Shown in pieces: positions 60,101 through 64,000 of a DNA stretch of 64,000 nucleotides. The stretch is from assembly GCF_038025025.1 (NCBI RefSeq), contig NW_027117342.1, forward strand, positions 2,046,001-2,110,000, in the 5' to 3' direction. Position numbers and translations under genes: made by a program. The first letter of the stretch is position 1, and each line of letters begins with the position of its first letter. This DNA comes from Phyllosticta citribraziliensis. Taxonomy: Eukaryota. The notes under the pieces were generated by a model. It was given only the letters and a program-made list of their open reading frames with translations, made no database searches and was not told the DNA's origin.

Positions 60101-60313
60101 CAGGCGGTATGTTTTGTGGAATGGATGTTTTGGATTTAGCCATGCTCGGAGGTAGTGATGCAATACCTCGTTGAGGATGTAGTTGAAGTTCCGTGGGTCG
60201 CCAAGTATCTGTCTAGCAAGAGCGCGGTATATGGCTCGGCCATCCGGGCTGTTGACCTCCCCAGGATTGTCGGAGCTTTCTTCAATCTGGTAGTAAGTTC
60301 TGTTGATAGCCAT
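57182..60313 (-). CDS. Pseudo-OTU + DEDDy 3'-5' exonuclease protein, paralog B (~978 aa)
   Basis: Exons 60313-59723, 59673-59230, 59132-59036 and 58986-57182. Intron positions and the 97-nt exon 3 match paralog A. Motifs PDGRAIYRALARQILGD, VGIDAEF, KIWFNFQSDI, YNIGDV. Confidence 0.8.
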
Positions 60314-61189
60314 AGTGTTCGAGGACAAGCTGAGATTGTGGGAGGAAATGGGCCGGACATGCGAGTCTAAGGCAGACGAATTATAATATTACAGTTCTCG
60401 TAACAAACAAAGGATGTAAAAGAAATCTACTGCAACCAGCTTCTTTTGAATGCCCTTTGTGCCAAATGCGAGATTCATAGTGCACAAGTCGGGACACAAT
60501 ATGACACTCCGCGTAAGCTGTGGTCGAGAGTCTCGGCACCCTGTTTTTCTTGAAGATTTAGGACCTAGCCTGCCTTCTCTTGCACTTCCTCTAAGAGAAT
60601 GGAATTCTCGATGAGCGCGTTGCTCGCGAGAGCATGTAATTGCGTGAGCCAAGCCATGTTGTGCGTTCCGATTTGGGGGAACAAGAGGAGAAAAGAAAAA
60701 GCAGCGACAAAGACCAGCGACAGCATGAAGACATTTCTGCTGAGATCAGATCAAGGGGGCTTTTTCGGAGGACTTGGAGTGCTTTGCTTGGCTGCTGCGG
60801 CGTGATTCAAAGCAGATTCGCGGTGTCTGGTGAAAGGCCGCTCACGTGGTAGTGGCAGGGAGCCTGTAGTTGTGAAGCAAGCAGGCTGAATCAGAGCTGC
60901 AGAAACTATTAGCCAAATTATCGAGCGAGCAATGAGAAGGTGTTGTTGATGTCCAGTGGCGGTAAATTTGAGGGACGGGAAGGGAAAGAATCGAGGCCGC
61001 CGGTCGGTCGGGGGTAGGGTCCGTGCATTCATGACCTACCGATACCACTCACCGCCGATGTTTGCCCGCTGCGGTCTGCGGTGGAGGAAGTCGGAGGCGA
61101 ATGAACAACGCAAGCTGAGGTCGTCCTTCCCCACCAAACACTGTCTCTATTCCAGCCAGACCATCGGTCATCGCCGCTCTCTTCGAAAG

Positions 61190-61960
61190 ATGAGCGCTTC
61201 GAACGATCGGTGAGCTTCATTGCCCTGTCTCTCCTCACCTCTAATCCTGACCAAGCTTCCAGATGGAGGCGTCAATCGCCCCAGCGCAACCAGCAGCGCT
61301 TGTCCCAGGCGCAATCTCGCGACCGGTCCATCGGTGGTAGCGGCCACAATACTCCTACCGGCAAGCTTGATAACGACCGCCCGGCCATGTCAAACTTCTC
61401 TGGAAACGCCTGGGGCAACCAGAAAGGCAGAAACCAGCCTCAGGGTCAGTCTGGCAACCAGCGAGCCAGTGCCCCACCTGGAGCTCTTCAAGGGTACCAG
61501 GAGGAACACACGCCCGTGAATGGCTTCAATTCCAAGGAAGCCAAAGATACCTTGAGAAAATGTGCGTTCTCTCCCCAAAATCCTGCAAGCAAATCAGGCG
61601 AGAGGGTCTGCCAGACAGCGGCTAGTGGACAGTCTGGCAAGTATACTTTTTCAGCGCGCTAACGAAACATTGGAAAGGGTATCAAGAGGCGCACATGGGC
61701 AATGGTAAGTCTTTTTTACTCGGCGGTAGCAATCACTCGCTAACACACCATGCAGACGGCAAACAGCTCCTCTACAAACCCCAGGGTGACGTAGCGTCCC
61801 GTGCCGCGGGCCCGTGGGGCAGCAAGCGTAAGTCAATCAAGCATCAATTCTCGCGGACATGTATTGACGCAAAGTAGCAAACGCCATGGCCAACGGTCAG
61901 GACTTCTGGGTCCAGGTCAGAAAGCAAATCGCCGCCCTCGAATCCAACAAGACCGCCTGA
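61190..61960 (+). CDS. Small fungal hypothetical protein, multi-exon
   Basis: MSASNDR|WRRQSPQ...PVNGFNSKEAKDTL..|GYQEAHMGN|DGKQLLYKPQG...GPWGSK|PNAMANGQDFWVQVRKQIAALESNKTA*; four introns with branch sites. Confidence 0.7.
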
Positions 61961-62432
61961 TATCGTATTATCGAAGACCTCAGCGAAGTATTCCAGCTGT
62001 ACATGTGTGGTTATGGAAGCATAAGGAAGGGCGTTTGGATCACTGCATAGGAGCATGGCGTTGGCTTGGGCAGGGACTACTTCTCGCGCCGAGTTGTAGT
62101 ACATGAGACTGGCTACATCCATTACGATGCTGGAAGGCCAAGTTCATGGGCTGGAATTGCCACTTGGAGTTTGATGCACCCTGCAGAAAAGTCGGCCATT
62201 CCGCAGGAGCAGTTGAAACGCCGAAACCGTACATGAATCGCTACATGATACCATCACATCAGCATTGTTCAATAGACATTTTGTCGTCTCGGACTTCCGT
62301 TTACGTGCAAGACTAGGTGATGGAAGGTGGATCCAGCCCCGGCGGCATCTGGACCCTTTTCGGTACGTCTGCTTGGACCATCGCGTTACCAAGTACCCGC
62401 CCTCGCGCCCCGCCAGCCTTACCACCACAACA

Positions 62433-63340
62433 ATGTCGTCCATCAAACTTCAGAGCATCATCACTCCCGCCATTCTGAATTCCTTGAGGACGCAACCTCA
62501 TCTTGCCCGCCATTGGTACTATGTCGCGGGTGTCACTCTTTCAGCATTGAATAGGCCCGATGAAGTTCCCAACTTGCTTATCTCGGCACTCAAAGACAGC
62601 GCCTCACCAACCATCGCCGATGGCGGTTTGGGGCTGAGTCTCGAGGAGCAACTTTACATTATTCGGCGACTGAGAGAAGGCTTGATCAAATCTGCCGCTG
62701 TCGTGGGGGTGCCCAAGGTATGCTCAATCGAGGCTTCCAGGCCCATCGCCATCATTAAGCTGCAGTCTCACGATTCCAAACAGGTCATCAATGCCCTCTT
62801 GGCCCTCAAGTCTGCCACGCCTGAAAATTTGCTCGATGAATCCCCTGATTCGTCCCCAACTGGTCGACGCGCCGAGGTTTACTGCCAATCTTTTTCGTCA
62901 GTCTGGAAGCGAGGCCAGCTGTTTTTCGAAAAGGTCTACGGCAAAATTTCGAAACGCGTCATGGGTCAGATGGATCGCTCTGGCACCGAGGACCTGGGCC
63001 TGGCTGCGCGTCTAATGTACGGGTACATTCTATCAAATGAGAAGGTACTCGACGCGAAAGAAACGAGCTTTGTGTGCATTGCGGGTTTGATACCCCAAGA
63101 CGTGCGTAGATCATGGGATTGTCTGTGTCTTTGGAACTGAACACTGATTCATTGCAGGTCAACCCTCAACTTAAAGGGCATCTCAGAGGCGCGTTGAACA
63201 ATGGCGCAACGGTCGAGGAAGTTCGCGCTGTGAGGGATGCTGTCATTCAAATTTGTCAAGCGGCGGGCATGGCAATGCTGGCAGAGGACGCAGCGGGCGG
63301 ATGGGGATGGAGAGAAGAGATTGCCAACGTCAAGGCTTGA
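62433..63340 (+). CDS. AhpD/carboxymuconolactone decarboxylase-like protein (yeast Pxp2-like)
   Basis: WYYVAGVTLSALNRPD, RLREGLIKSAAVVGVPK|VINAL, YGYILS, AGLIPQD|VNPQLKGHLRGALNNGATVEEV; two introns. Confidence 0.85.
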
Positions 63341-64000
63341 CAGGCCTCGTCAAACAGACTGCTCAAGTCTCCATCATCCATCTGTTCTCGTGAAGTCCGA
63401 GTTGCCACCACCTCCCCCGCGTCTCGAAGTCTCGGCGAGGATTAGATACGGAGATTGTCTTCCTACATCGCCCTATCCGGTTTCCCCTGCATACATTCCC
63501 TTTGCCTTGCACCTCTGCTTACAACCTCTGCGCTTTCCTGGCCTATTTCGCTGGACATGACCGAATCCCACAGCACCCAAACCCCCGGCGTCGGAACGCG
63601 CACGCATATACAGGACAACATGCCTGCCTCTCACGTTCTCGACGACCGAATCGAATTGAAGTACGGGTGCTCACCGCACCCTGTATGCTTCCGCCACTGC
63701 GACAATTCCCGTATCCGCTTGCTCGTATCCCGAGATCCGGCGTCCACACTGCCCTTACATCTCCCTTCCACCAAGCACGACACGGGAGCGCGGAAATCCA
63801 CAAGAATAGTGTCATCGTCATCAAGCGTTGACAGCAAAATTGGCAAAGAAATCCGACCGTCTCTTGTCCGTCGGCGGTGTCGCACGGCGCCGCGCGAGCG
63901 ATCAGGCGAATGAGTGGGTAAGATGAGTCCGGGAGGCTTACGGGAGCAAGCACGCCGAGCCTTGCCTCGCTTTCGCCTTTCCCCTTTCCAACCATCATTG

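Noticed and set aside
53300..60600. Possibility that the exonuclease pair is a transposon or endogenous virus
   Set aside because: No TIRs, LTRs, target-site duplication, transposase, RT or RdRp motifs were seen, and both genes have conserved spliceosomal introns. A remote mobile origin is not excluded.
1..64000. tRNA, rRNA or snoRNA genes and RIP-degraded AT-rich repeats
   Set aside because: No cloverleaf/T-loop, rRNA-like or strongly AT-rich block was recognised by eye; tRNAscan-SE and Infernal would be needed to exclude small RNAs.

Overview
Eukaryotic genomic DNA from a filamentous ascomycete. It is GC-rich, has short GT-AG introns with CTRAC/GCTAAC branch sites, and has a Dothideomycete-like gene content; that assignment is an inference. 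The window holds about 20 mostly spliced genes. Recognisable ones are: a ~2,000-aa secreted mucin with six PAN/apple-like modules and two CBM18 domains; a head-to-head pair of PTS1-bearing enzymes (HSDL2-like SDR and kappa-class GST); a Myb-like regulator; an Apa1/2-type ATP adenylyltransferase; a second SDR; a PIR-repeat GPI wall protein; a small secreted AA1-like protein; a GH3 beta-glucosidase; QRI7; a patatin/TGL lipase; and an AhpD/CMD-like protein. Several orphan or F-box-like genes are also present, and the first 7 kb is rich in tandem duplications. The most notable element is a tandem pair of ~980-aa, four-exon paralogs (53.6-60.3 kb, minus strand) that the ORF track breaks into fragments. 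When spliced by hand, each encodes an OTU-like fold lacking its catalytic Cys and His, then a DEDDy 3'-5' exonuclease with all catalytic motifs and an inserted CxxH...CxC site, then a divergent tail ending in a basic NLS-like motif. I do not recognise this pseudo-DUB plus exonuclease architecture as a described fungal family. No rRNA, tRNA, CRISPR array or intact transposon was seen. All domain calls come from motif recognition by eye, not from database searches.
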